A DNA stretch of 64,000 nucleotides. Origin: Octopus bimaculoides (Eukaryota). This document shows positions 12,117-25,297 of this stretch, piece by piece. The position numbers and the translations under genes are program-made. Under the pieces are notes generated by a model. The model was not told the origin of the DNA. It did not search any database and was given only the letters and a program-made list of their open reading frames with translations. Each line of letters begins with the position of its first letter. The stretch's first letter is position 1. The stretch lies in contig NC_068986.1 of the NCBI RefSeq assembly GCF_001194135.2, positions 109,405,304 through 109,469,303 of the forward strand, given 5' to 3'.

Positions 12117-12341
12117 GTCAAGCATATTTCGTCTTGTTTGTGAAGGAGATGGGGGCCTGAAGGAATGGCTGTCCATTTTCGATAACACGTTTGTGGAATT
12201 ACTCCGAAAAGGCAGAGCGTCTTCTGTTGATCTAGCAGCAGATATGCGGGTAAGTGTTGCCCCAGCATGACCGTTCCACGTGTTAGACAACGATGGTAAT
12301 TTTTCTTGGTCCACAGAATCTTTGAGATAACTTGTCATCAT
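12117..12341 (-). CDS. CCDC170: Probable first coding exon of CCDC170, MMTSYLKDSVDQEK...TRRNMLD (75 aa)
   Basis: ATG-initiated 225 nt frame ending gac|gtgagt (phase 0), compatible with the exon at 6969; locally GC/CpG-richer; ciliary promoter motifs just upstream. Link to the gene is inferred from phase only. Confidence 0.65.
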
Positions 12342-12434
12342 TCGACTTAATAATCGTAAAGTAATGTTGATGTCGAGGTGCCAGGTGCGACTGTGTTGTG
12401 ATGTGATGATTGTGTTGCTTTAAGACAAACAGTG

Positions 12435-12457
12435 GTAGTCATAGCAACCGGTAAACA
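12435..12457. promoter_or_regulatory. RFX X-box GTAGTCATAGCAAC (12435-12448) plus forkhead-type site GTAAACA (12451-12457)
   Basis: 14/14 match to the X-box consensus GTHNYY-AT-RRNAAC, 94 bp upstream of the CCDC170 ATG; RYAAAYA site 2 bp away. Confidence 0.6.
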
Positions 12458-12789
12458 CTCGTTAATGAAATACACAGAAATAGGTCAGCAGGTGATTGTG
12501 TGGGCATAATTAACAAGGGAGATCACTCTAAATACATGGCTGAATTATTTCCCTTGAAAATTTATTCGTCGTAAATAACACTGCTTAAAGATTGAAATAT
12601 TCAGATTTACTGTTTTTCTTCTCTTTCGAAGAGCACAGTGCTACATGTGACAGTGTTATTTTCAATGATGATGGAATATCTATATAAGATGGGTTTCTTC
12701 TCTGTTAATTAACAGATTATTGCCAACGATACATACCAACGTACATACATACATACATACATACGTACACACACATATATGTTGCTGAG

Positions 12790-12875
<86 letters not shown>

Positions 12876-13670
12876 GTTGTTGTTGTTGTCCTGTATTCTG
12901 CAAATCAATAAGTCAATAAGAAACTGATCGAATCTATGGACAGTTTGTACTGATTAACACGTTTCCTATGACTACAAAAGAAAACAATAAACAAAACATG
13001 AGGAAACTTTCAGTTCGATCGTTTGTTTTGTTTTGTTTGAGGATCACACCAAGGAGAATAAAAATGGGATGGTGGTTGTTCTTTTATTCTTTTATTCTTC
13101 CAGTAGCTGCAGCCATTAAGTACAGCAACGCTTGCATTTAAACTGGTGATTATTTTATCATTCTCTATTTGTCGAACAGTTAAATTCCTCTGTTAGTATG
13201 TGACAGAGCGTAACTCAACAAAGTACTTTTGTTCGACGCACTAGTTTACAGGATGTACAGAAGCATACTCAATCGATCGAAGTTTTCGACACACTTATAA
13301 TGGGACCAAAGCCAGATGTGGTTTTAGTTCGAAGAATTTTACACTGATGTATTCTCCATAAGCCATGGTCTTGATATTCAGCGTTACTCTACATACACAT
13401 ACCCCCCTCCTCTCTCCTAGTCAGCCTCTCTCTTTCTGTGTCTTTCTCCCCACCTCTCTCTCTCTTTCTCTCTCTCTATATAATAATAATAATGATAATG
13501 ATAATAATATTAGGGATAAAAATCCAAATTTACAGGTAAATAATCAATTTAATTTAATTTATCAAAAAGTAAAATTTGTATATATATATATATATATATA
13601 CATATACATACATTCATATACACGTACGCACACACACACACACTCACACACACACACACACACACGTTTT

Positions 13671-14515
13671 GAGTGTCCCAAAAATATATAGGAGTACACT
13701 ATTTACAGACGAAAACTCAATTTTCATTTCTTTTTCAATTTCACCCTTTAGAAATAATAAAGGCAGCCATACTAAGTTTTGAGCGAAGGAAATTTATCAT
13801 AAAGTGCTACTCAAAGTTTGAACACGTTGTCGTAATACAAAGAGAATCTAGGAGGGAGTTTCAAACAGATCCTTCATCACGATTTATCATCAGTCGAATT
13901 AAAGATAAATTTGTAGCAGATGGAACTGTTTAGAATGACCACCGACATCAACGAACCCCAGAAAGCAGAAAGGCTACTAAAGACGTATAAGTATTTAAGA
14001 AAATCTGTGCTGCAAGTGACTCATGAGATTGGACTTTCAAAATTAGGTGTCTATCGCATTTTGAAGCGCTTTGATTGGGAAACTTACGTTCCAAAAATAA
14101 TCCAGACTCTCGGTGGAGATGATCTGGACCCAAGGGTGGGGTTTTGCAAGATGTACAAAAGGTGCAGCTTTTCAATAAAGATTGTTTTGAGTGATAAGGA
14201 TGCATTTAAATTAAATGACCCAATTAACTACCACAGTTTCATCCACTAGGGACTTTAGAATCTGTATATTACGGTGGGGGGAACCATTCTTTTTTTGAAT
14301 GGAACTGTGACAGGTCCTATATACTTGAATTTGCTGTGGCAATCTGTTATATGCACCATTCAAGAGAACGATGAAGACGTGGAGTTTTATTTCCAGCAAG
14401 ATGGAATAATCTCACACCACCATAGTAATATAAGGACGTACCTTGATATTTTGCCTGACAGGTGGATTGGACAAAGAAGTTCAGTGCAATATCCTCTACA
14501 CTACCAGACCTATAA

Positions 14516-14547
<32 letters not shown>

Positions 14548-14800
14548 GAGGATACTTAAAAGATAAAATTTACGGTACAAAATTGGCAACAGTCCATGAA
14601 TTGAAAGCAACTACTGAATGGGAATGCGGACAGGTAGTGAATGAGATATTTCTTGATGTTCACAACTCCATTGCTTCACGTTATCAATAATGTCTGGACC
14701 AGAAGGTTATCTGTTTGAAAACAAGCATTCATAAAACATTAAATTCTATTTGGAGAATCTTGAAAATTGAATGTATTTTAGTGAACTATTTTAATGAACA
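13671..14800 (+). mobile_element. Decayed Tc1/mariner element of rosa/DD41D type (transposase pseudogene)
   Basis: Fragments RKSVLQVTHEIGLSK, IVLSDKDAFKLN, NGTVTG..YLNLL, YFQQDG...H...R.YL...P.RWIG, GYLKDKIY; broken by stops, frameshifts and a (CA)n. Confidence 0.8.
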
Positions 14801-14802
14801 CT

Positions 14803-15935
14803 GAAGAAGGTGGGCCTTCTTGAGCATGGTATATCATCAATCATCCTGCTTTGTCATTTCCTCTGTGAGGCTCAAAGTTCTGAGATTATTCCTTACTCCT
14901 TCATCCCATGTTCTCTTGGATTTTCTTTTCCCAAGATCCATTTACATTGTATGATCGGTGCAGCTTTTTTGTCTCCCATACACATCACAGGACCATACCA
15001 GTGCAGTCTTCTTTACTTTATCGTTCATGTACACTTACGTTGCACATCCAACAAAGCACACTAGCTTAATTTATTTCCAGTGTTTTGCATTCAGGGCTCA
15101 TGTCTTACTACCATGTGACAATGCAACTCGTACAGAAGCATCGTATATCTACCCTCCACTCTGAAAGAGAAACCTTTTGTTACTGACAGTAATAAAAGCT
15201 CTCTGAACTTTTATCACTGTCCAGCCTGTTCTTCTAGCACCTATACTTTCAGAACATCCTCCACCATTGCTAATTAAGTTACTTAGGTAACAAGCTATCT
15301 ACTAGCGCTAGAAATGTTCATGAGCATTTGGGAAAGTCTATTTCCCGTGTGCTCTTAGTGTTTACTGCTCCTCGGCACCTACCACACACAAAGTCATCTA
15401 TTTCCCCTGTTAATCTGCCTTGATACCATCGCATCTCTTGTGTGTCCATAGTTTATACAGGATACACCATGTAGAATTTCTACCTACTCATTTTCTCTAT
15501 ATTAAACAGGGCCATTTCATTGATGGAAGCAAATATCTATTTTCTAATTTAAGACTTTGGTCTTTGTTAACTTTGATTTCAGCTTTTGCTTCCTCACCTG
15601 GAATTTATTTTCTAATTCTGCTACGGATTCAGCAATAATAAGATCATCAGAGTACGAAGCGTTCCTTTGAGCAAGCATCCTTCAACACCTCTGTTATGGC
15701 CTAGAGGGCTACAATGAATAAGGGGACTGAGAAACGAGCCCTGATGAACTTCTACCTGCGCATTATTTTTCATCTCTGCATTCATTGTCAATTCTCACCA
15801 AACTGACAGCATCGCTGTATATGTATTGCATGGCTCTCGCAAACCATTCGCTTGCCTCTAGTCTCCATAGCAACAACCAGATCCCAGAACAAGGGACACT
15901 GTCCAAGGTTTTTTCCACGTCGACGAATCATTAGA
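14803..15935 (-). mobile_element. RTE-clade LINE reverse transcriptase relic
   Basis: Minus strand reads FVDVEKTLDSVP, VHQGSFLSP and YSDDLIIAES, then an RTE-like C-terminus; multiple disablements. Confidence 0.8.
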
Positions 15936-16358
15936 CTGTGGCCATGCTGGGGTTCCACTTTGAAGAATTTTTTGTCGAATTAATCAACTTCAGAAATTTT
16001 TTTAAAGTCTGGCACTTATTCTATTGCACTTTATTGCCAAACCGCTAAGTTAAGGGGACGTAAATACACCAATGCCAGTAGTGGTAGGAGACAAACAGAG
16101 TTAGAAAGACACATACACACGTACAACAGGCTTCTTTTAGTTTCCATTTACCAAATCCACTCACAAAGCTTTGGTCGGCGCGTGGGTATAGTTTAAGACA
16201 CTTGCCTAAGGTGATACGCAGTGGAAACAAACCCAGAACCATGTGGTTGGGAAGCAAGTTTCTTAACTTACCTGGAAACACAGGTAAGTTAAGAATACAC
16301 AGAAAAGCATGAGAACGACACAACCAAAATATATTACTAATCTCTTGAGAAGCACAGA

Positions 16359-16565
16359 AATATGTGCCTGCTAAATGGACTGTGAAAGACCGAGGACATC
16401 ATATACGAAGCGTCAACCACAAAGAGAAATACTCACAACACAACCTTTACCAAGAAATACGTGGGTCTTACAGAAGAAAGTTTCAAATTGAAGTCTAAAA
16501 ATCATACTCCCCCCCCCTTTAGAAATTGGAGAAAGCAGAAAACACGAAACTCTCTAATTACTTTT
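16359..16565 (+). mobile_element. Penelope-like element GIY-YIG endonuclease relic
   Basis: CLLNGL*KTEDIIYEAS...TKKYVGLTEESFKLKSKNH...NTKLSNY matches the PLE pattern C..G.C...IIY.A...YIGLTE..FK.R..NH...NT.LS.Y. Confidence 0.7.
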
Positions 16566-19500
16566 ATAAAACTGTGTATTGCCACTGTTGTATCCGTCTT
16601 TGTCTGATGGTTGTCGCTCTAATGCTGGCAAAGTATTAAACCCTACTTCTTTGGTTTCAGGATATCAAATACCAAACCTACAACCACCAAGTCTGACTCT
16701 CAGCTGATTCGGTCAGTTGTAATGAAAGGACTCGGAATATTTTAGTTTTACTTTGGACTGTTGAACATAAGAATAGTGTTGTGTGCTTTGAGCAAATGAG
16801 ACAGCTTCTATGTAGTCACATGAGCTGCTGTAATAGAAATAACATCCAAATGACATCACAAATGTCTTAAACAAGGACATATTAAATGATAAGCTCCTAG
16901 ATCTTCATTCAGGGAATGATCATGTAAGAAATACTTTTCATCATAAATCTTTTCAATTAAGGTGACCTTTGCCAGTAAGACATCCAAGCGAGATTGTTGC
17001 CAGTGCCGATGGACTGGCTCCTGCGCAGGTGGCACGTAAAACACCCCATTTCGAGCATAGCCGTTGCCAGTACCCGCCTGACTGGCCTTCGTGCCGGTGG
17101 CACGTAAAAGCACCCACTACACACTCGGAATGGTTGGCATTAGGAAGGGCATCCAGCAGTAGAAACTCTGCCAAATCAGATTGGAGCCTGGTGTCGCATC
17201 CTGGTCCACCAGTCCTCAGTCAAATCGTCCAACCCATGCTAGCATGTAAAGCGGACATTAAAAGATGATGATGATGATGAAATGACAGTGTTTACTACCA
17301 GCTTAATAATTCTGGGTTCATTAAGATTATACCAGATTCAACAGTTAGTCTGGAAATAGGGTTTTACTCAGAATTGCTACAACCAAGCAATTCAGAAGAT
17401 GGATGAAGTGGAGGTTCTGTGGGGATGAAGTGAACCAGAAGTATAGGGTCAGTGATATCAGTGGCTGAGGAGCCTTGCCAGAAGGAGAGAAGGGAAATCA
17501 TTTGAGCAGAAGCAGGGCTGGTGTGGCCCACTTTTCACTTGGTGTGATCATAGGGAATGGACGCATAAGCTGCATGGAGTAGAGGGACTTTTCCATTAGC
17601 TTCTGGCCAGAGGTTAGATGGGTAGGGCACCTACGGATATAACTTGGCTGGAAAGGATCACTGCTACTAGAGAACTGGAGAAGTAGATGTATTGTACTTT
17701 CTTTTCCCCACACAACAGCTCCATAAAAAATGTACACACACACACACACACACACAAAGACAATAAACAAATATAGACTATAGAAATAAGTGACCAATAA
17801 CCATCTCCTTGAAAACGTGTGCCACTCCCAAACTGTAAAACTTCAGCTCTCTGAATGCAAAACTGGTCTACAATTTAGATCACAACATGCATTCGCTTAA
17901 GATATTATTATAAATAAAATTGTGGAATTTCCCAATAAATTCAGTAATGACATCATTTACTGCAATTATAAAAGTGAAATAAAAAAAAAATATTCAACAA
18001 AAAAAAAAGATCAGTAGAAAAAAAAGACACGATTTTTTTTTAAATGCATTTTATTATCGGAATTGTTGCACAGCATTCTTTGTCAGATCTTTTCAGTAAA
18101 TAAACCTCCAAATCAAAGAATTGCTTCCATAGTCTTTACAAATGTAAAGTGGTATTTAAACCATAGATAATGAAATGAGTGACACACACTAAAGTAAGTT
18201 TTAAACTTCATTAAATTAAACAAGAATAAAAATAACCTTTTCAACATCAACACATAAAATAGGGGATCACTCTGCAGCTAATATGGTTTTTATTCTTCCT
18301 GTAAAATGGTAGTGATTTAGGAACTAGTAAACAAATATCTATATATATATTGTATACACACACACACACACACGTATTTATGTACGTATGTCATATGTAC
18401 ATGTGTAAGAATACACATTATTCATACACACACACACACACACATATATATACACACACACATATATATATATCTTTGACTCAAGATTCCTGAAGCTCAA
18501 ACATTGCATTTTTATAGTCACCTACCAATAAAAAACATACTGATTGTAGTTCACTTAATTAATTTGCAATAAAAATGTGATCTACAACAGGTGTGTTTTA
18601 ATCAATCATCCGGCCAACACACACACACACACACACATATATAATACAAACACATATATAATCATCACGCACACACACAAATTACATAACAAAAAAATAA
18701 CAATTTTGACCATAGCAGATAAAAATAAATTTATAAAGTTGATATTTTAACAATTTTAGCAAAAAAATAAAAGTTAGTTTAGTTTAAATGCTTCTTCACT
18801 TTACATTGTGGACATTTCAAGTTTAAAAATAGACAAATTCCTAATTCTAAATCTTACCACTGACATAGTTAAAATCCTACAAAAAAGAAATTACACACCT
18901 TGAATTTTATTTCTCATTTAAATCATTTATAAAATATAAGTTTAGGGGATGATGATAAACAAACAAAACAGTTGAACATTTTTGTGGGGAAATCATCATT
19001 AATGTTCTACAATTCTGGACTAGAACAACCCAAAGAATGTGATTTAACAGATCAGAGGTATCTGTAATTATTTTAAACAAACTACTATAATTTGATTTTT
19101 TTTAATTGTTTTGAAAAATCTACAGCAAAGGGTCTGTCTGGTATTGTTCATCAAAAATTGAGACAACAGATATTGTCATTGGTGTTAATACAGCAATATC
19201 TATTGGATCAATAACAGGAAAACATAAATAAATAAAATGGTTAACCTGACAGGAAAATGCATCAATCAATATCAGCTTTCATTAAACCCAAAATATCACA
19301 CTCAAAATCAATAAACGAGTCAACTGCTTATTAATTTCCAGTCAGGTTTTGTGATTTATTAGTGAGATATTTACTTAACAAATACCATTTGTGTTTAAGT
19401 AAAAAAAGAAAAAACGCTAGGCTCAAAGACACAACAGAACACCAAAGACAGGATATGAAGCCATTATAAAATGGCACCAAGTCATGGTTAATTGAGTCAT

Positions 19501-19989
19501 AGGAGTCTACACCCACTGGCTGAACAACTGAAATTTCGTATCTTGGGCAAAAATCACCCAACTCTTCTTGGCCTGCTCTGTCTACAGGTCTAGAAGTGTC
19601 ATTGAATGTAAACTGGTGTTGGTTGGTGGCAAAAAGTTCTGTATAAATAAGTGGAAAGTAATTATTTAGCTTGCAGTGAGTTGAGTTGAAATCTTGCAGT
19701 AAATTGGTGTTCTCTTTCAGGAAGTAAGAGCTTATTTAAGTGGTTAATTGTGTGAAAGTTGTGGTTATGTCTATGTTCCATATTATGCAAGACACTTCTT
19801 GAAAATTTGTGAGTGTGTGAAAGTATATAAGATTCAGCAAGAGTATGTGGTGCTAATTGCTATTCAATTCAACATCAAATCAACAGACCATCTTCAGTAT
19901 ATTCTAGACTCACTTCCACTCTTCCCATACTCACACTTCTATTATTTTAGTGAATGAGTTCAAAATGGAATATAAAGCAGTTTCCACTG

Positions 19990-20900
19990 CTTTGCAAAAA
20001 TTGATAAAGCTTTTGGTCAGGAAACTGTTAACAAAGTCTAACATTAGTTTCAACCATTTTATAATCAAGCTGATAGCCTTGAAGATGAGATGAGTAACAG
20101 AGGACTTCCTGCAATTGACAATGGCCAAGTGAGAGCCATTACTGAAGTGCACCCAAGCAAATCAACTCAAGAGACTACAGAAGGCCTCAACGTTGACTGT
20201 TCAATGTTTGTTCACCACATTGTAAAGTTAAAAGAGATGAACAAACAGGTGTTGCACAAACTGAACAAAAATATGAAGAAAGAATGTTTGCAAAACAAAA
20301 AACAACCTGTTTCTTTGTCACATTGTGATAATATGACAAAAAGAAAAGAAAAGAAAAAGAAACCCAGATTCTTCTGCAATAACTGATGGATTTTCTGTGC
20401 AGTGGCTGGACCAAAGGTGAAACAGCAAAATACTTTCTGTAATGAAAGCTGCATCAAAACAAGGTAATGCTCAGAGTTTGGTAGTCAGAAAGTCGAATTG
20501 TCCAATACTATTTTTGAATCCTGATGGAACTATCACAGCAGAGAAATATTGCCAAAATACATGAAGAATTGCAAGATATACATTCAGCAATGCTCAATTA
20601 AAAAGGACCAATTCTTTCCAAAGACAATGCCAAACCACATGTCTTACGAATAACTGCAGAAATGGAATGGACTAACCCATGATGTTCTACTTCCTTCAGC
20701 TAATTCTACAGGTCTTTGGACGACTCTCAACCAGTTTCTCAAACAGTTGAATAGCTTCAACAACAAGAAGCAGTTCTAAATGCTTTTCAAGAAGCTATTT
20801 GTTCCAAGACTCCTGGATTCTATGCTACTAAAATCAATAAATTTGTTTGTGGTCAAAAATATGTAGATTCTAATGATTGTTATTTCAATGAATAAAATTT
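19990..20900 (+). mobile_element. Decayed mariner transposase (Hsmar1/cecropia-like)
   Basis: RGLPAIDNGQVRAITEVHPSKSTQETTEGLNVDCS resembles RSGRPSEVDNDQLRAIIEADP..TTREVAEELNVDHS; later TITAEKYCQ fragment; ends approximate. Confidence 0.7.
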
Positions 20901-21756
20901 ATTCTGAATTACATTACTCGATGGTTAAAAACTGAAGTTATTTTCCTAAAACCAGATTAATACAGATAAGGATTCAGTAAATGACATTTCTTATACAATT
21001 TATATTGTTTATTGAAAGTTATTTCATTTTTGTTAGGCCAGAAATGCCATTAGAATTGTCATAACTAGCACAATATCTCATTCTAGAACTGACCAAATCA
21101 ATTTGGTCTCAGAATACCAGCTTTATCTATGTTGCTCCATCATGTCACCAAATCTATAACCAAGATCTGTAGCATTCTCTGGCTCATTCTATAGAACTGT
21201 GAATAGAAACTATACGCAAGTACAACATATTTCTTGAAGAAATGGAAACTACAAAACTGGTAAGAGACTCATTAATTTGCAGTCATGAGGAATGGTGTTG
21301 AGTAGCATTTATAGTGGCCTAACAGTGCAGGATTAAAATACATAGACTTTGTTTCAACCAATTCCATTATCATAGCAAACGTGAATTTGATTCTAAAGAC
21401 AAAAGTTTATGTTGAGACATTTCTCACTGAAGTTCTACAGAATATCAGAACAGTTCAATGCCATCACCTCAAAACTGACAACAGATTAACAATATATATA
21501 TATATATATATATATATGAGGAAACAAATGAGCAGAAGTAGCACTCAATACATAGAGCTAGTGTTGTATTTTTAGAGTAAGAGGTTGACTTAGTTCCTCA
21601 TGTTAGTTAAAGTTTTGTGGACCTAAAAAAAAATGTAACCCAGATTCTGACATTCTTGAGGCAAAATATGTGTGTGTGTGTGCGTGTGTGTGTGTGTGTG
21701 TGTGTNNNNNNNNNNNNNNNNNNNNNNNNNNATATATATATATATATATATATATA

Positions 21757-21973
21757 CGATGGGGTGTTGAAAAATTCTTGGCTTTGGGTAACAGAAAATG
21801 CAGGAGGATCAGTTAATTATGATTTTATTCAACAATTTCTTCTCTTAGATTCACTCATTTATTGCAGTGATCCTTCAGTTTTTCTAAGCCCTGTAAAAGA
21901 TTTCAGAAGTTTGGGCCTCCAAGCAGGCCTTTTGTGATACCCTTAAAGCCAGGAACTTTTCAGCATCCCCTTG
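21757..21973. mobile_element. TA-flanked mariner-type MITE (217 bp)
   Basis: Imperfect TIRs CGATGGGGTGTTGAAAAATTCTTGGCTTT / AAAGCCAGGAACTTTTTCAGCATCCCCTTG, with TA on both sides. Confidence 0.7.
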
Positions 21974-23460
21974 TATATATACACATGCATGAATATATAT
22001 ACATACATACATATACATTCACACAAATACAAGCATGGAAAGTGGACATTAAAACGATGAAGACAGGAATATACAAACCTTTATATACACACACACACAC
22101 GCAGAGTTCTGGGCTACCAGTCATTACTCCAGCGCTTGATTGAAACCTCATGTAGATGTTAAACTTTCTGTCCTCAATATTACAGAAACCAGTTGTCAGT
22201 AATTCACAAAAAAACAAAAACAAAAAAAAACAGATGTAGCCATTACATCTTTCTTAGAATATCCAAATGTACAAACTTTGAGTAAGAAAAATATTCTTTT
22301 TCATACATTTCAAACTTTCAGAATTCAAGAATACCATTGGTTCAATAGTTCTGTCTTTCCTAAATAGATCCATTCTGCAAGGTACATGGGTTCTAGTGAA
22401 GCAGAAACAGTTTGCTTGTATAACATTGCACTTCTGATCCAGAAATAATGAGATCTAATAAGGAGAGAGCATCAGAATTCCTAGTAAACAATTTCAATCC
22501 ATTGGATTAAATGAATCCCAGTTGCCATCATCCTTTAACGCCCATGTTCCATGCTGGCATGGATCGGACAGTTTGACAATTTAATGGACTCAAAGACTTT
22601 GTGGTCCAATGTCTGCTTTGGCATGGCTTCCTAGTACAGAGTGTACTCGGTGCTTTTGTTATGCCACCAGCATCAGTGAAGTTACCAAGTAACTTGCAAG
22701 ACTACAAACCCTGAGAGAGGTAGCTTGATGTTAGGGGTTGAGGGGGTCAAAATATGAGAGAAGGGACCAGCACAGAATAGTATTTGATTTAAATATTTCA
22801 TCAATCATAAAAGGATAGAAAGCAGAGTCAACCATAAAAATAAAATTAAACAAATAGAAACAAAAAGGGAAAACAAAGCAAAATGTAATTTTAATAAAAA
22901 ATAAGACAAGTTGTTAATGATAATAAAATGTTCTAAAGTGATTTCATTGAGTGCTTTATTGATATTTCTGGAAGAAACTAACAAAATGTAAAATTGCAAA
23001 AACAACAAAAAAAAAATCTAAAATGAATAGATAACTAACGAGGTGCTTAAGTAAAAAGAACCTGCAACAACTAACGAAGAATAAAATTTGTAAAAAAATA
23101 GATTTGAGAAATTGAGTGAAATGCAGAACAAATCAATTGTAAAGCAAGAAATTGATTTTAAATGAGAGAGAGAGGGAGAGAGAAGTAGAGATGTACAAAC
23201 AAAAGAGGAAAAGTAATTTAGCAACATGTAAATAACTAATTAATAAATATAAATGAAATATTTTGATTTTTTTTTAATGTAAAAATGTTTGAGGTTTTTT
23301 TTGTTATTTTGCTTTTTCTTTCCTCTCTTTTGTCTCTTCAATAAATTAAAACAACTTAAGAATTCACACCAAAAAAAAAAAAAAAAAGTTAGAAATAGAA
23401 CTTAGAAATGAGAAACAGAAAGAATAAAAGATCAGTTCCATGTAAATGTCATTGTGGAGA

Positions 23461-23589
23461 TCATCCGTCAATCAAGTTTCCTGTGTCTGTGGAGACAATG
23501 GCACCATAATTATTGGTATTGCTTCGAACAGAGTCTACCTGCCTGGCATCGCCTTTGGAATCATTCTTCAGAACATTGGCAACAAATGG
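23461..23589 (-). CDS. TMEM63: TMEM63/OSCA terminal coding exon, PFVANVLKND...NYGAIVSTDTGNLIDG*
   Basis: ctttcag| acceptor, phase 0, 42 codons then TGA; PFVANVL and YGAI resemble TMEM63 C-tails. Confidence 0.75.
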   Translation of the reverse strand, partial: PFVANVLKNDSKGDARQVDSVRSNTNNYGAIVSTDTGNLIDG

Positions 23590-23793
23590 CTGAAAGATCA
23601 GAAATATCACAATCAGTCAATTTGAATTACAACATAAATGGACAAGTAGAAATGAACAAAATCGATCTATATTATAATATGATAATATTAGATGCTTCTG
23701 TCTGTATGTCTCTCTCTCTCTATCTCTCACTCTATTATAACCACAAAAAAAAAGGCCATAAATATTTCACTCTCTAATGCAACAATAGTCTTT

Positions 23794-23995
23794 GAGACTG
23801 ATGACGAGCAAAGACTCAGAAACATGTCTCTGGATGCAGATGTAGCTGGGTAGAGGTGCTTGTCTCCCCCTTGTAAACATAAGGACACAGGGAATGTGTC
23901 AAGGCCGACAGGAAGCGGTGCAGCTTCTTAGGTCTAACCAACAGTAGTATTATTCCCTGCAGGGGACTGTCACATTAAGTTGACAGCACACAACT
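23794..23995 (+). mobile_element. Repeat family F copy with a minimal hammerhead at its 5' end (23795-23834)
   Basis: GAGA-CTGATGA-C-GAG(caaaga)CTC-A-GAAA-CATG-TC-TCTGGA, followed by a body homologous to 7549-7720. Confidence 0.65.
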
Positions 23996-24496
23996 ACTTC
24001 ATCGTATCGCTACTGCATAAATCTCTCTGAGAGATTTAGAAATATATTATTTCTAAATATATTATTATTTTCCACTTAAATGTTTGTTGATATACAAACA
24101 ACAATTGTGAATTTCTTTTAAAAAAGGGCATGAAAACATTGACCTCAACAGAATTTGAAGCCAGGACATACAGACAGATGAGATACCACTACGTATTTTG
24201 CTTGGCATGCTAACAATTCTTACAGCTCACCACTGTTCTGGAACTGCAGAAAAGGTTTTAACACTGACATCAGATCTCAATCAGTTTAACATCAGGTTTC
24301 ATATTTCAGGATCTTTACAGAGCATCACACAACATTTGTCATTGGTTCAAATCCAGTCTGGCGCTTGTTTACACACACCCAGAGATAAGAGAGTTGATGG
24401 TGATTGCAGATCAAACCACACAAGATGCAGTGGAGATGTGGTTTTAAAAACATTTCATCACTGAAGGAATATATAATAAATGTCATTTTAACTTAC

Positions 24497-24535
24497 CTTA
24501 ACGGGTTCTGTCTGTCGGGAATCAGCAGTTAGATG
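24497..24535 (-). CDS. TMEM63: TMEM63 39-nt exon HLTADSRQTEPVK (phase 0-0)
   Basis: Long CT tract then tgtag|, aag|gtaagt donor, in frame with the last exon. Confidence 0.7.
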
Positions 24536-24601
24536 CTACAACAGAGAACAGAGAGAGAGAGATAAAGAGAGAGAAGGAAAGATACAGAAAGACAAACAGA
24601 A

Positions 24602-24635
<34 letters not shown>

Positions 24636-25297
24636 AAAGAAAGAGAGACAACTAAATTTACAATGACAATTTTCCACCAATACCAAAATGTGAAAAGAGA
24701 AGTCAAGAGGCATCCTTAATTCATCACACAGCGTTTATAATGCAAGATTCAGCAACTGGCACATACCAGCAAAACTCATTTCATACGCATATACACACAT
24801 GTACACATGCTTGTATATGTGCGTACACACACACACACATGCTTGTATATGTGCGTACACACACGTACACACACAACTACCACTAAAGGAAGCAGCTTAA
24901 CCCCAAGAGCAGATAACTGGGGTGAAGCAAATGAAAAGATTAGAAGATGTGCAACATCCAACTCTATAACACTAGAATGAAATGAATGAAAATGACCCCA
25001 AAACCTTCCTGATATACTTTTCTATTCTGTTGTGTTTATCAGGAACAACAAAAACAAAAGGGCCAGTTAGGGGTTCATATATTTCAGCCATCTGATCGAC
25101 TCAAGCAGAACAAATGCAACATCATCATCATCATCGTCGTTTAATGTCCGCTTTCCATGCTGGCATGGGTTGGACAGTTTGACTGAGGACTGGCGAGGTT
25201 TCTACAGCTGGATGCCCTTCCTAATGCCAACCACTAAGACTAATGGGTGATTTTATATTTGGTCCCTCAGTTTGTTGCTTTTTAGACCTATGTGAAG

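Noticed and set aside
15735-15750. CTGATGA as a hammerhead core
   Set aside because: It is the reverse complement of the RTE RT motif VHQGS, with no stem II or GAAA following.
19331-19600. GC-richer open frame downstream of the TMEM63 stop as an alternative last exon
   Set aside because: It needs a phase-2 donor that the last exon does not offer, and has no recognisable homology.
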